Shown here one piece after another: positions 1 to 8,367 of a DNA stretch of 64,000 nucleotides. Source of the DNA: Escherichia phage EC1-UPM. Each line of letters starts with the position of its first letter. The stretch's first letter is position 1. Under the pieces are notes generated by a model. It was given only the letters and a program-made list of their open reading frames with translations, was not told the origin of the DNA and searched no databases. Both the position numbers and the translations under genes were made by a program. The DNA lies in sequence record NC_041906.1; one strand, written 5' to 3'.

Positions 1-83
1 AACATCTAACCATCCTTTAGGAGGGTTTATTTTTTTGTCTGTCATGTATACTAATCCTGCTATTTACTTATGAGGAAATTGAT

Positions 84-917
84 ATGCCAACTTTGAAAGT
101 AGGTTTTAACAAAACCACTAATGTTGCAACTGTACTGGATGCAGGTGGTTCTATCCCAGGTGGTTCCGTAGAAGTAGGTACTTTTGTACACCCAGATGCC
201 ACTTATCCGGATAGTTTGGTTATCTTCCATGGTGTTCGTGACCTGCTGTATAAACGTTCTGCTAAAGACCCATCTAAAGCAGGCTTCTGGCCTAACAACA
301 TCGTGGATATGCAGTCCATCTCTATTGATATGAAAGCTACTCCACGACTAACTATTGCTACCAAACTGCCTCGTGTAGCCTCTGCTATCGAAGGTGAAGA
401 CATCAACTGGCACGTTGATGTAGCAGGTGGCAAAGCACCATTTACTTATAAATGGCAATTCAAAGCTAAAACCGCTGGTGCAGTATTCACTGATATTGAT
501 TCAGGTGATAACGCATCTGCTATTACTGCAACATTGACCCTTAATGACGTAACGGCTGCTTCTGCTGGTACTTATAAAGTAATTGTTACTGATGCTAATG
601 GAACCACGGTAGAAGATGAGTCGTTGTTGGCTGTAGGCTACTATGAAGCAAGCTCACTGGTAGCTACCCCTGCTTCACTGGCTCTGTCTGTTGCTGCCGA
701 TACTACTGATGGTAAGAATGTAACAATTGCTGCTATGCCTGTTGGTTCTTCTTCTGGTGCTTTGTCTATCAAGACTGCTCCAGAATCTGGACGTGCTACG
801 ACTACCATTGCCGGTAACGTACTGACGGTTAAACCAGTAGCTGCTGGTGATGCTACTTCTGTAGTAGTTACCAACGGTAAGGTCGATGTAACCATCCCTG
901 TTACTGTTGCAGAATAA
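84..917 (+). CDS. Ig-like domain protein, possible capsid decoration protein (N4 gp17-like position)
   Basis: ATG with GAGGAAA-type RBS upstream; 277 aa rich in T/V/A beta-strand repeats typical of Ig-like domains (e.g. TYKWQFKAKTAGAVFTDIDSGDNASAITATLTLNDVTAASAGTYKVIVTDANG); followed by hairpin plus T-run. Confidence 0.45.
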   Translation: MPTLKVGFNKTTNVATVLDAGGSIPGGSVEVGTFVHPDATYPDSLVIFHGVRDLLYKRSAKDPSKAGFWPNNIVDMQSISIDMKATPRLTIATKLPRVASAIEGEDINWHVDVAGGKAPFTYKWQFKAKTAGAVFTDIDSGDNASAITATLTLNDVTAASAGTYKVIVTDANGTTVEDESLLAVGYYEASSLVATPASLALSVAADTTDGKNVTIAAMPVGSSSGALSIKTAPESGRATTTIAGNVLTVKPVAAGDATSVVVTNGKVDVTIPVTVAE

Positions 918-967
918 GGGTATCCTTTGTTTGGGGTTATAAACCCTGAAATAAAACTCCCAAGTTT

Positions 968-997
968 GACCTCCCTATTGAAGGGAGGTCTTTTTTT
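968..997 (+). terminator. Rho-independent terminator (GACCTCCC-loop-GGGAGGTC + T7)
   Basis: 8-bp GC-rich inverted repeat followed by TTTTTTT, directly after the stop of CDS 84-917; coordinates approximate. Confidence 0.6.
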
Positions 998-1022
998 GGT
1001 TTAAAACTTATGGAGCCAGGAA

Positions 1023-1211
1023 ATGTATAAAGAAATTGCATTCTTCTCATTCTTACTTGGTGGTTTATTAGGTGCAGGAATTGTAGCTATTTCTAATACC
1101 TACTTTGGTTCTACTCCAAACTCTGTAACACAAACCCTCAAGCATGAATGTGAACTTAATATCCCTCGTAATCAAAACTGTGTAATGCAGTTCGTACCGG
1201 AGAAGAAATGA
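1023..1211 (+). CDS. small membrane protein
   Basis: 62 aa with an N-terminal hydrophobic helix (IAFFSFLLGGLLGAGIVAI); start overlaps next gene by 4 nt. Confidence 0.4.
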   Translation: MYKEIAFFSFLLGGLLGAGIVAISNTYFGSTPNSVTQTLKHECELNIPRNQNCVMQFVPEKK

Positions 1212-1468
1212 ATATTCATAATCTACGTTTGGTTGAAAAATTGTATGAAGAGTACAACGACAGCCGACAGCAATTAGCTAGTTTAAAGAAGTCACCCCAT
1301 ATGGTGAGGGTATCTTTCAATGGTACGGATTTAGGACCGCAAGCCCGTACAAAAATACTTCCCGAACTACTGTCATTTTATCAAAAGAGGATTGCTATCT
1401 TAGAGAAACGCTTTGAGCATTTAGGTGTAAATTTATCGCCACTTCCCGATGAAGGAGAAGATGAATGA
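1208..1468 (+). CDS. hypothetical protein
   Basis: 86-aa ORF, ATGA start/stop overlap with flanking genes (translational coupling). Confidence 0.4.
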   Translation: MNIHNLRLVEKLYEEYNDSRQQLASLKKSPHMVRVSFNGTDLGPQARTKILPELLSFYQKRIAILEKRFEHLGVNLSPLPDEGEDE

Positions 1469-1674
1469 AAGTAACAAATCGTTATGAAAACAATGAAGTA
1501 ACTTTCGGTGATGTGGAACCCGCTAATGGTTTTATTTATAACCAGACAGTGTGTTTAAAGATTCACTTACCTGAAGGTAAACCTGCTGCTGTTGCTGTAG
1601 AAACTGGTAAATCATTCTATCTATCAGCAAATACATTTGTAACGCCAATAAACCTGGAAGGATATTACCTTTGA
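1465..1674 (+). CDS. hypothetical protein
   Basis: 69-aa ORF in an overlapping operon arrangement. Confidence 0.4.
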   Translation: MKVTNRYENNEVTFGDVEPANGFIYNQTVCLKIHLPEGKPAAVAVETGKSFYLSANTFVTPINLEGYYL

Positions 1675-1856
1675 AATTAACTCAGTCCCAAGCAATCTTC
1701 CTTCGCATGGTTCAAGGTGGTTCTGCCACCAGCAACCGTAATAACAAAACCGCACAGTCTCTTAAGAAGCTGGGCTTAGTGCAGTTCAATACTGGTCTTG
1801 GGTGGTCATTAACCCCTATCGGTGTACTTCAACTCAATGAAATGAAAGGTAACTGA
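1671..1856 (+). CDS. hypothetical protein
   Basis: 61-aa ORF; first codon appears to be TTG with GGAAGGA upstream, so the start is uncertain. Confidence 0.3.
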   Translation: MKLTQSQAIFLRMVQGGSATSNRNNKTAQSLKKLGLVQFNTGLGWSLTPIGVLQLNEMKGN

Positions 1857-2186
1857 ATGAAAGCTTTACTTAAAAGTATTGCAGTAGCTGCACTGATAGC
1901 TTTGGTTCCAAATGCACAAGCAGTTAAACCAGAACCAATTCTGGAAGGTGCTCAGGCTTATCTGGATGACACCCGTGATGCGTTCGGACAAGGATTCTTC
2001 ATGGGTAGTATGATCTCTTACATCGAGAACACTAATAACTGTGTTCCAGATGGTATGAAGTATTCAGACATTCTACCTAAGATTGCCAAAGTAGTTATTT
2101 ATGACTCTGCAATCCTCAAATTGAAGAATACATCCCAAATTGTTGTGTACTCAGTACACAAGGCATATCCCTGCACCAAATCTTAA
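1857..2186 (+). CDS. secreted/periplasmic protein with signal peptide
   Basis: N-terminus MKALLKSIAVAALIALVPNAQA looks like a Sec signal peptide with an AQA cleavage motif; 109 aa. Confidence 0.5.
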   Translation: MKALLKSIAVAALIALVPNAQAVKPEPILEGAQAYLDDTRDAFGQGFFMGSMISYIENTNNCVPDGMKYSDILPKIAKVVIYDSAILKLKNTSQIVVYSVHKAYPCTKS

Positions 2187-2220
2187 TTAGTAATTCCATT
2201 AACTTTAGGAGAGTAAGTAA

Positions 2221-3273
2221 ATGGCGAGCATTGACTCACTGACCGTATGTAATACACGTCAGGCCCGTAACTTTATTATTCGTGCCCTGCAAGCAGGTAA
2301 CGTACCGTTTCTGACTTCATCACCAGGTATGGGTAAATCTGCAATTATTCGTTCTGTTGCAGAAGAATTTGGTATGAAGCTGATAGACCATCGTCTGTCT
2401 ACTTCTGCCCCGGAAGACTTATCCGGTTTACCATTCCGTAATGGTGACCGTGCAGAGTTTATTCCTTTCGCTGATTTATTCCCTATCGAGGGGGATGAGA
2501 TACCAGAAGGATATAATGGCTGGCTCCTGTTCCTTGATGAGTTTCCATCTGCTCGCAAAGAAGTAATAGCTGCTGCATACAAGCTAATTCTCGACCGTAT
2601 GACTGGTCAGAAAAAACTTCATCCTAATGTGATGATTGTCTGTGCTGGTAACAAAGCTACTGACCGTGCCATTGTTAACCCATTAGGTACTGCAATGCAG
2701 TCTCGTGTGGTTCACTTTGAGATGGAACTTAACTTCGATGTCTTTGTTGAAGACGTAATGATTCCTCAACAATGGGATGAACGTCTGGTTGCATTCTTAC
2801 ATGCTAACCCTGGTTATCTGCATGACTTCGACCCAGCTCATAAGAACAAAACGTTCTGTTGCCCACGTACCTGGGACTTTGTTAACAAAGACCTTAAGAA
2901 CCAGCCAGAAGGTGCTCTGCCCGATGAAGATTCTCTTTACTACGCAGGACACGTTACTGCCGGTAAGGCTACAGAATTTGTTCAGTTTACCCAGGTATAC
3001 AATCGTATCATTACGATTGAGAAGGTAGTCAAAGACCCACTGGGCTGTGCACTACCAGAAGATAACAACCTGTGCTGGGCTACCGTTAATCATCTGGCTA
3101 ACAAGACTACTGAAGAGAACTTTGTTGATGTTCTTCAGTATATTGAACGTTTTAAAACGTTCACTCATAAGATTCTGTACTTCCGTACAGTAGGCAAAGC
3201 ATTACCAGAAATTCAGGCTACCCCTGAATGGCGTAAAGCTGCTGCTAATGTCTCTCGTTACATTCACGGATAA
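2221..3273 (+). CDS. AAA+ ATPase (MoxR-like)
   Basis: Walker A-like SSPGMGKSAI and Walker B-like LLFLDEF; 350 aa; directly upstream of a vWA-domain protein. Confidence 0.65.
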   Translation: MASIDSLTVCNTRQARNFIIRALQAGNVPFLTSSPGMGKSAIIRSVAEEFGMKLIDHRLSTSAPEDLSGLPFRNGDRAEFIPFADLFPIEGDEIPEGYNGWLLFLDEFPSARKEVIAAAYKLILDRMTGQKKLHPNVMIVCAGNKATDRAIVNPLGTAMQSRVVHFEMELNFDVFVEDVMIPQQWDERLVAFLHANPGYLHDFDPAHKNKTFCCPRTWDFVNKDLKNQPEGALPDEDSLYYAGHVTAGKATEFVQFTQVYNRIITIEKVVKDPLGCALPEDNNLCWATVNHLANKTTEENFVDVLQYIERFKTFTHKILYFRTVGKALPEIQATPEWRKAAANVSRYIHG

Positions 3274-3280
3274 TCGCAAC

Positions 3281-4456
3281 ATGAACCAATTTCCTCAGCA
3301 CACACTTAGTGATGAACAACTCATGCGTGAATATGACCGTATTCAGGCTAAGGCTTTCCTAGGACGCAGTGCTGCGTTCTTTGGTTCATTGCTGTGTAGT
3401 CTTAAGTTCTCATGGAAACGTGAGGATTGCCCCACTGCATGTACTGATGGGATAGAACTCCATTTCAATCCTGATTTCTTTATCTGGATGTGCCCAGATG
3501 CAAGAGAAACAGTATTAATGCATGAACTCTGGCATGTGGCTTATCTACACGACATCCGTCGTGGAAGCCGAGACCCAGAAGTCTGGAACCAGGCTTGTGA
3601 CCACTTCATTAACCTTCAGTTAGAAGAAGATGGTTACAAGTTCACTGGCATTGATGAAGGCATTTGCAAAGACCCTCAATATAAAGGATGGGTCGAAGAA
3701 GACATCTACGATGACCTGATGAAGAACCCCCAGAAAAGGCAGAAGCCGTCAGGGGGTGCTGGAGCAGGTCTTGCTGGCGACATGAAATCCCCCACTTCGG
3801 GGCAGTCCCAGGGTGCTGTCGTCAACAACGTAGTACGTGCAATGCAGAGCCAGAAAATGGCTGGTGGAACGATGCCTGGTAAGGGTGCTGGTCGTATGGA
3901 AGAGGTTATTACCCAATTCCTTAAACCAGTGGTTCCATGGCAAGAAGTCCTGATGAACTTCTTTACCGACATTGATGACACTCACTATACGTGGGCCAGA
4001 CCTAACCGTCGTTACACTGATATTTATCTACCTTCACTGGAAGATGATGAAGGACGCTTACGACACTTAGCCTACTTTGAGGATGTATCTGGTTCCATCA
4101 GTAGTACTGACTCTCTGCGTTTTAACTCAGAGGTTGCCTACGTTAAGAGCCAGTTCAATCCTAAGAAGATGACCCTAATCACCTTCGACGATGTTATCCA
4201 AGAAGAGATAGACATCACTGAAGAAGATACTTTTGAGGAGATTAAGATTACTGGTCGTGGTGGTACAAACCTGGAACCAGTACGTGATTGGATTATTAAG
4301 AATAAGCCAACCGCTGCAATCATATTCTCTGATATGTATGTTCGTCCAATGGAAGAACTACCATTTGATATCCCAATCATCTGGTGTGTTCTGAATAATC
4401 CTAATGCTACCGTACCTTTTGGGGAGGTAGTTCATATCCCTAAAGGAATGAAATGA
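3281..4456 (+). CDS. HExxH metallopeptidase-like / von Willebrand factor A domain protein
   Basis: HELWH (HExxH) motif in the N-terminal half, Gly/Ala-rich linker, DVSGS (DxSxS MIDAS-like) motif in the C-terminal half; ORF track start 3248 overlaps the upstream gene, ATG at 3281 just after its stop is preferred. Confidence 0.6.
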   Translation: MNQFPQHTLSDEQLMREYDRIQAKAFLGRSAAFFGSLLCSLKFSWKREDCPTACTDGIELHFNPDFFIWMCPDARETVLMHELWHVAYLHDIRRGSRDPEVWNQACDHFINLQLEEDGYKFTGIDEGICKDPQYKGWVEEDIYDDLMKNPQKRQKPSGGAGAGLAGDMKSPTSGQSQGAVVNNVVRAMQSQKMAGGTMPGKGAGRMEEVITQFLKPVVPWQEVLMNFFTDIDDTHYTWARPNRRYTDIYLPSLEDDEGRLRHLAYFEDVSGSISSTDSLRFNSEVAYVKSQFNPKKMTLITFDDVIQEEIDITEEDTFEEIKITGRGGTNLEPVRDWIIKNKPTAAIIFSDMYVRPMEELPFDIPIIWCVLNNPNATVPFGEVVHIPKGMK

Positions 4457-4905
4457 TTATTAACCGCAGTCGTTTATTAGAACTGGCTCCTATAAAGAAC
4501 ATGGTGGACTCTAAGCAAACCTTTAATGGTTTTTCTTGGGGATTAACAGAATGCGGATACGATATTCGTATTAAGCAAGATGTGACCATGTTTTTAGGTC
4601 GTCGTTTCGTGTTGGCTTCTGCCATAGAAGAATTCGATGTACCTCATAACCTAATGGGTCGTGTACTCAATAAGAGTACCTGGGCCAGAAAGGGCATTGA
4701 CGCAAGCATGACTACCAATATCGAACCAGGGTGGGAAGGTTTCCTTACTCTTGAGCTTCGTTATTCGGGTGTTTTGCCTGTTAAAATAAAAGCTGGTACT
4801 GGCATAGCTCAGGTTATCTTCGAAGAGATAGCAGAACATTGTCATTATGAAGGTAAGTACCAGTGTCAACCAAACCAACCAGTAGCTGCTAGAAGCAGTA
4901 AATAA
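4453..4905 (+). CDS. dcd: dCTP deaminase family protein
   Basis: 150 aa; block ...NKSTWARKGIDASMTTNIEPGWEGFLTLELRYSGVLPVKIKAGTGIAQVIFE parallels the conserved core of bacterial dCTP deaminase (dUTPase-fold). Confidence 0.75.
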   Translation: MIINRSRLLELAPIKNMVDSKQTFNGFSWGLTECGYDIRIKQDVTMFLGRRFVLASAIEEFDVPHNLMGRVLNKSTWARKGIDASMTTNIEPGWEGFLTLELRYSGVLPVKIKAGTGIAQVIFEEIAEHCHYEGKYQCQPNQPVAARSSK

Positions 4906-4914
4906 GGGGACAAC

Positions 4915-5124
4915 ATGTCAGTATTTCAAGTAACTCATGCAACCTCAGATGTACGCTTAACCATTAATGCTGCAAATGTAATTGCAGTAGAACAGATTCC
5001 ACAGTCTGACCATGCACGCGTCATATTTGTAGATAATAACTATATAGAAACCAAAGAAACCTATCGTTCAGTACGCAATTACCTGAAGAAAGCTCTTACA
5101 CCTGCAAGCAAAGACTCTGAGTAA
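4915..5124 (+). CDS. hypothetical protein
   Basis: 69-aa ORF followed by a long hairpin (about 5136-5160). Confidence 0.4.
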   Translation: MSVFQVTHATSDVRLTINAANVIAVEQIPQSDHARVIFVDNNYIETKETYRSVRNYLKKALTPASKDSE

Positions 5125-5197
5125 GTAGCTGCCTAAATAGCCCAGCATAGTTGGGCTATTTGTGAAGAAACTAACTCAACCCCACATAGGAACCATC

Positions 5198-5440
5198 ATG
5201 GAATCTTTAGCAGCAATTCTTGTTCTGTTATTTGTATTAGCGGTATACCTTATCCCTACTATCATTGCTTTTGCACGAGGCCATGCCTCTAAGTGGGGCA
5301 TTGGTGTGCTTAATATCGTATTAGGCTGGTCACTGGTATTCTGGGTAGTAGCACTGATTTGGGCACTGTCTAATAAAGGTCAGAGCCAGGTTACAAATGT
5401 AACTGTTGTACAAACCAACGGTGGCAGTAAAGCAGAGTAA
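5198..5440 (+). CDS. superinfection-immunity-like small membrane protein
   Basis: Two TM helices with the pattern LIPTIIAFARGH...GVLNIVLGWSLVFWVVALIWAL typical of small Imm-type membrane proteins; ORF track start 5162 is GTG, ATG at 5198 with AGGAA upstream is preferred. Confidence 0.5.
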   Translation: MESLAAILVLLFVLAVYLIPTIIAFARGHASKWGIGVLNIVLGWSLVFWVVALIWALSNKGQSQVTNVTVVQTNGGSKAE

Positions 5441-5515
5441 CTAATCTAAGCATCATTACATAGTGGTGCTTGTGGAAGTTGCTTCCAGCTCATTGCTTAT
5501 CCATCTCCTAACCCA

Positions 5516-5541
5516 AGCCCACCTAACCCGTGGGCTTTTTT
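5516..5541 (+). terminator. Rho-independent terminator
   Basis: AGCCCAC-loop-GTGGGCT hairpin followed by TTTTTT; coordinates approximate. Confidence 0.55.
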
Positions 5542-5557
5542 AATTACAGGTACTCTT

Positions 5558-5938
5558 ATGACAAACAGACAAAATGGTAAGTCTATCTTGTATGGGCTGG
5601 ACTTAAGTAAACTAGAACAAACTGCAATGCTTGCTTTGGGTAAAACTGTCCATGGCCAAGTGGAGAGTAAAATTGAATTAGATCTTTATGCAACAATTCA
5701 GACTCTTATTCAGAAAAAATGGATTACTAGCAGACCTTTTCCTTCATACATTCCCCCAGAACCTCATCTGAAAGCTAAGGTAGACCGAATCATAGATAAG
5801 TTCTGGCTTAATCCATGTAAGGATGACATGCAACTTTATCTGGCTCAAATACAAAAGAACCCCCGTACTAAGGATGTATTCAAAGGTAAGAGTACTACTC
5901 ACCACTACCCCTGGTATAGAAGAGGTAGTAAATACTAA
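5558..5938 (+). CDS. hypothetical protein
   Basis: 126-aa ORF, start after a terminator, stop overlaps the next start. Confidence 0.45.
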   Translation: MTNRQNGKSILYGLDLSKLEQTAMLALGKTVHGQVESKIELDLYATIQTLIQKKWITSRPFPSYIPPEPHLKAKVDRIIDKFWLNPCKDDMQLYLAQIQKNPRTKDVFKGKSTTHHYPWYRRGSKY

Positions 5939-6381
5939 TGCGTATCCCATTCCTAAGAAAAAGGGAACGAAGCCATGTTCTTTATAAGAAGGACATAGAG
6001 AATGAGTATGAACTCAACCGTAAAGCCCGTTCCTACACAACAAAATTATTTATGGGGACTAAAAACCCTGATAGATTACTGGACTTTGTTTTTGAACAAG
6101 TCTTTATCATATACAGCTTAGCTATGTCTGCTGGTTCACAAGAAGTAAGTGATAAAGCAAGACATGCTCTCTGTATGCTCCGTAAAGAGTATGAAGCCCT
6201 CATGTATAGAGACTTGTACTCCTTTAAAGAAGAAACCGCTGTAGCGTGTTCTGTGGCTCTTACTGAAGGTGTAGCAGTATTACAGGAACTACCTCGTAGT
6301 GAGTTTAAGCTGGTATACGTTCAGGTTAAGAGAATCACAGAGACGAGAAGTGGTATCACCAACTATCTAAGGTCATTCTAA
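5938..6381 (+). CDS. hypothetical protein
   Basis: 147-aa ORF with start/stop overlap on both sides. Confidence 0.45.
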   Translation: MRIPFLRKRERSHVLYKKDIENEYELNRKARSYTTKLFMGTKNPDRLLDFVFEQVFIIYSLAMSAGSQEVSDKARHALCMLRKEYEALMYRDLYSFKEETAVACSVALTEGVAVLQELPRSEFKLVYVQVKRITETRSGITNYLRSF

Positions 6382-7325
6382 TGATTAAGGCATCAGTAAT
6401 TGCAGATTCCGTGCATCCAGAAACAGGAACTCGTATCACAACCTTTGAATTGGTTTATCCCCGATTCATTCACAGTGAGTTTATGACTCACCGTGTATTC
6501 AACCGCAATGCTTCAAGCAGTCGTGCTATTCCTACTTCTAAGCTTATCGAACAGGTTCGTAATGAACCAGTGATGCCAAGTCACTGGGGCAAGAACCAGA
6601 AAGGTATGCAAGCAGACGAAGAACTCACTCCTATGGAAATCGGGGATGCTAAGTTTATCTGGGATAACGCTGCATCTGCTGCTGCTGTGTATGCTGAACA
6701 GCTACGTCGTGGGCAAGTACATAAGCAGATTGTTAACCGTATTCTGGAACCCTTCACGCATATCCGTGTAGTGGTAACTTCAACAAGCTGGGCTAATTTC
6801 TATGGACTTCGTGACCACAAAGATGCACAACCAGAAATTCGTGAACTGGCTCAGGCAATGCGTAAGGCACACGAAGAAAGTGTTCCATCTAAACTCATAC
6901 AAGGACATTGGCATTTGCCGTATATCACTGCTAATGACCGTTTTGCTGCTTACGATTTCTGCAAACACAATCGAATTACACGCGATGAACCAAGTGGTGC
7001 AGAAGTGTATGGCTTACTTCTCAAAGTAAGTGCTGCACGCTGTGCCCGTGCTTCCTATAACAACTTTGAAGGACGTCCCTCTACCATTGAAGAAGACCTT
7101 GGCTTATTTGCTAAGTTAGTGGAAAACCAACCTATTCACGCTTCGCCAACGGAGCATCAGGCTACACCTATGAACCTTGGTGAGAAATACGTGAATAACA
7201 TGAACCCAGTTACATGGGAACAAGGTGTTACATCTATGGATAAAGAAGGGAATCTGTACTCAGGTAACCTGCTCCACTTTATCCAATTCCGTAAGTTAAT
7301 CCCAGGTGAGACTATTACTGAATGA
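6381..7325 (+). CDS. thyX: flavin-dependent thymidylate synthase (ThyX-like)
   Basis: 314 aa; THRVFNRNASSSR resembles the ThyX RHRxxxxxxxS signature; sits beside dCTP deaminase; assignment by motif only. Confidence 0.55.
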   Translation: MIKASVIADSVHPETGTRITTFELVYPRFIHSEFMTHRVFNRNASSSRAIPTSKLIEQVRNEPVMPSHWGKNQKGMQADEELTPMEIGDAKFIWDNAASAAAVYAEQLRRGQVHKQIVNRILEPFTHIRVVVTSTSWANFYGLRDHKDAQPEIRELAQAMRKAHEESVPSKLIQGHWHLPYITANDRFAAYDFCKHNRITRDEPSGAEVYGLLLKVSAARCARASYNNFEGRPSTIEEDLGLFAKLVENQPIHASPTEHQATPMNLGEKYVNNMNPVTWEQGVTSMDKEGNLYSGNLLHFIQFRKLIPGETITE

Positions 7326-7561
7326 ATAAACTAGCTCTGTACGCAATGCTAATTAGTGCCTTACTCACACTGACCTACGCATACAAAGTCGCCTTTGTGG
7401 TAGAAACAGATATGCAGTTCATTCGAGCCAGTATTCTGTTCTTTGTAAGCGAAATTGGCTTATGGTGTGTCTACTACTTTGCTCGTGACTACGAAGCCAT
7501 TCGTGAGCAAGAAGAAATGAAAAAACAAATGATACGATTTGTAGAACAAAATCGTAAATAA
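7322..7561 (+). CDS. small membrane protein
   Basis: 79 aa with two hydrophobic helices; followed by a terminator. Confidence 0.45.
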   Translation: MNKLALYAMLISALLTLTYAYKVAFVVETDMQFIRASILFFVSEIGLWCVYYFARDYEAIREQEEMKKQMIRFVEQNRK

Positions 7562-7566
7562 ACCTA

Positions 7567-7592
7567 AGACCTCCTCCGGGAGGTCTTTTTTT
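7567..7592 (+). terminator. Rho-independent terminator (AGACCTCC-loop-GGAGGTCT + T7)
   Basis: Near-identical stem sequence to the terminator at about 968-997, followed by TTTTTTTGGTTT; coordinates approximate. Confidence 0.6.
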
Positions 7593-7826
7593 GGTTTCAA
7601 TTAACTCTTTCAGGAGGGCATATGCCTGCTAAATACCGTATCAAAGACACACCCATAATGTGTGAGGGTGAGAAGGGTGACATTGTATATGCCTGTATCT
7701 AGGATGATTTCAATGCTGCTCTTATGTTAACCCAAATGACCAATACACTGCATGTATCAGTAACACTGGACCCCACTGGTGACTATCCATGCTTCCCTAT
7801 TCCTGCCCATAACCTGGAGCAAATCC

Positions 7827-8156
7827 ATGATTAATCCTGAAGTAATTCATAGTAAAACAGGTAAGGCTGTCCCACTTAGTGAGATTGCAGTAACTGGTGA
7901 TATTGCTGCTTGTCCAGCTAACATTGCCTCTCTATGTATGTGCATCGCTGCCCTAGCAGAGGAACGTAAGTTATGGTTGGAACCAAGCAAGGAAATGATT
8001 CAAGCCGGTCTGTCCGAAGTACAGCGTATGCTTGATGAATGGGATGACGAAGGTCACATTCAATTAGGGCACGGTAATGACCCAGTCAGTGATGACCAAG
8101 CAGCAGATTTGGCTGTATTTGTCCTTCAAGCAATGGCAGGTAAACGTAATGGCTAA
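7827..8156 (+). CDS. hypothetical protein
   Basis: ORF track start 7779 is GTG; internal ATG at 7827 with GGAG upstream is preferred. Confidence 0.4.
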   Translation: MINPEVIHSKTGKAVPLSEIAVTGDIAACPANIASLCMCIAALAEERKLWLEPSKEMIQAGLSEVQRMLDEWDDEGHIQLGHGNDPVSDDQAADLAVFVLQAMAGKRNG

Positions 8157-8340
8157 TGTAAATATCGCCTCAGAGAAAACGTATAGCATTCAGATTAACG
8201 GCTTAACCGAATATCAGGTCTTATTCCTAATGAATGCTTTTCAGAATAGTCCTGTAGGTCACCATCCTAATGATGAACCACGGGAAGAAGCTGAACTTCG
8301 TAAAGCTATTTTTGATAAGTGTAAACAAGTTCTAATGTAA
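8149..8340 (+). CDS. hypothetical protein
   Basis: ATG at 8149 overlaps the upstream stop; the longer ORF-track version (8077) overlaps the upstream gene. Confidence 0.35.
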   Translation: MANVNIASEKTYSIQINGLTEYQVLFLMNAFQNSPVGHHPNDEPREEAELRKAIFDKCKQVLM

Positions 8341-8367
8341 GCAACATTTAATCTGGAGAGTAAATAA

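Noticed and set aside
3706-4625. Antisense ORFs within the vWA-protein gene (3706-3981, 3749-3985, 4138-4380, 4440-4625)
   Set aside because: Opposite strand to a well-supported CDS, no RBS, overlapping one another.
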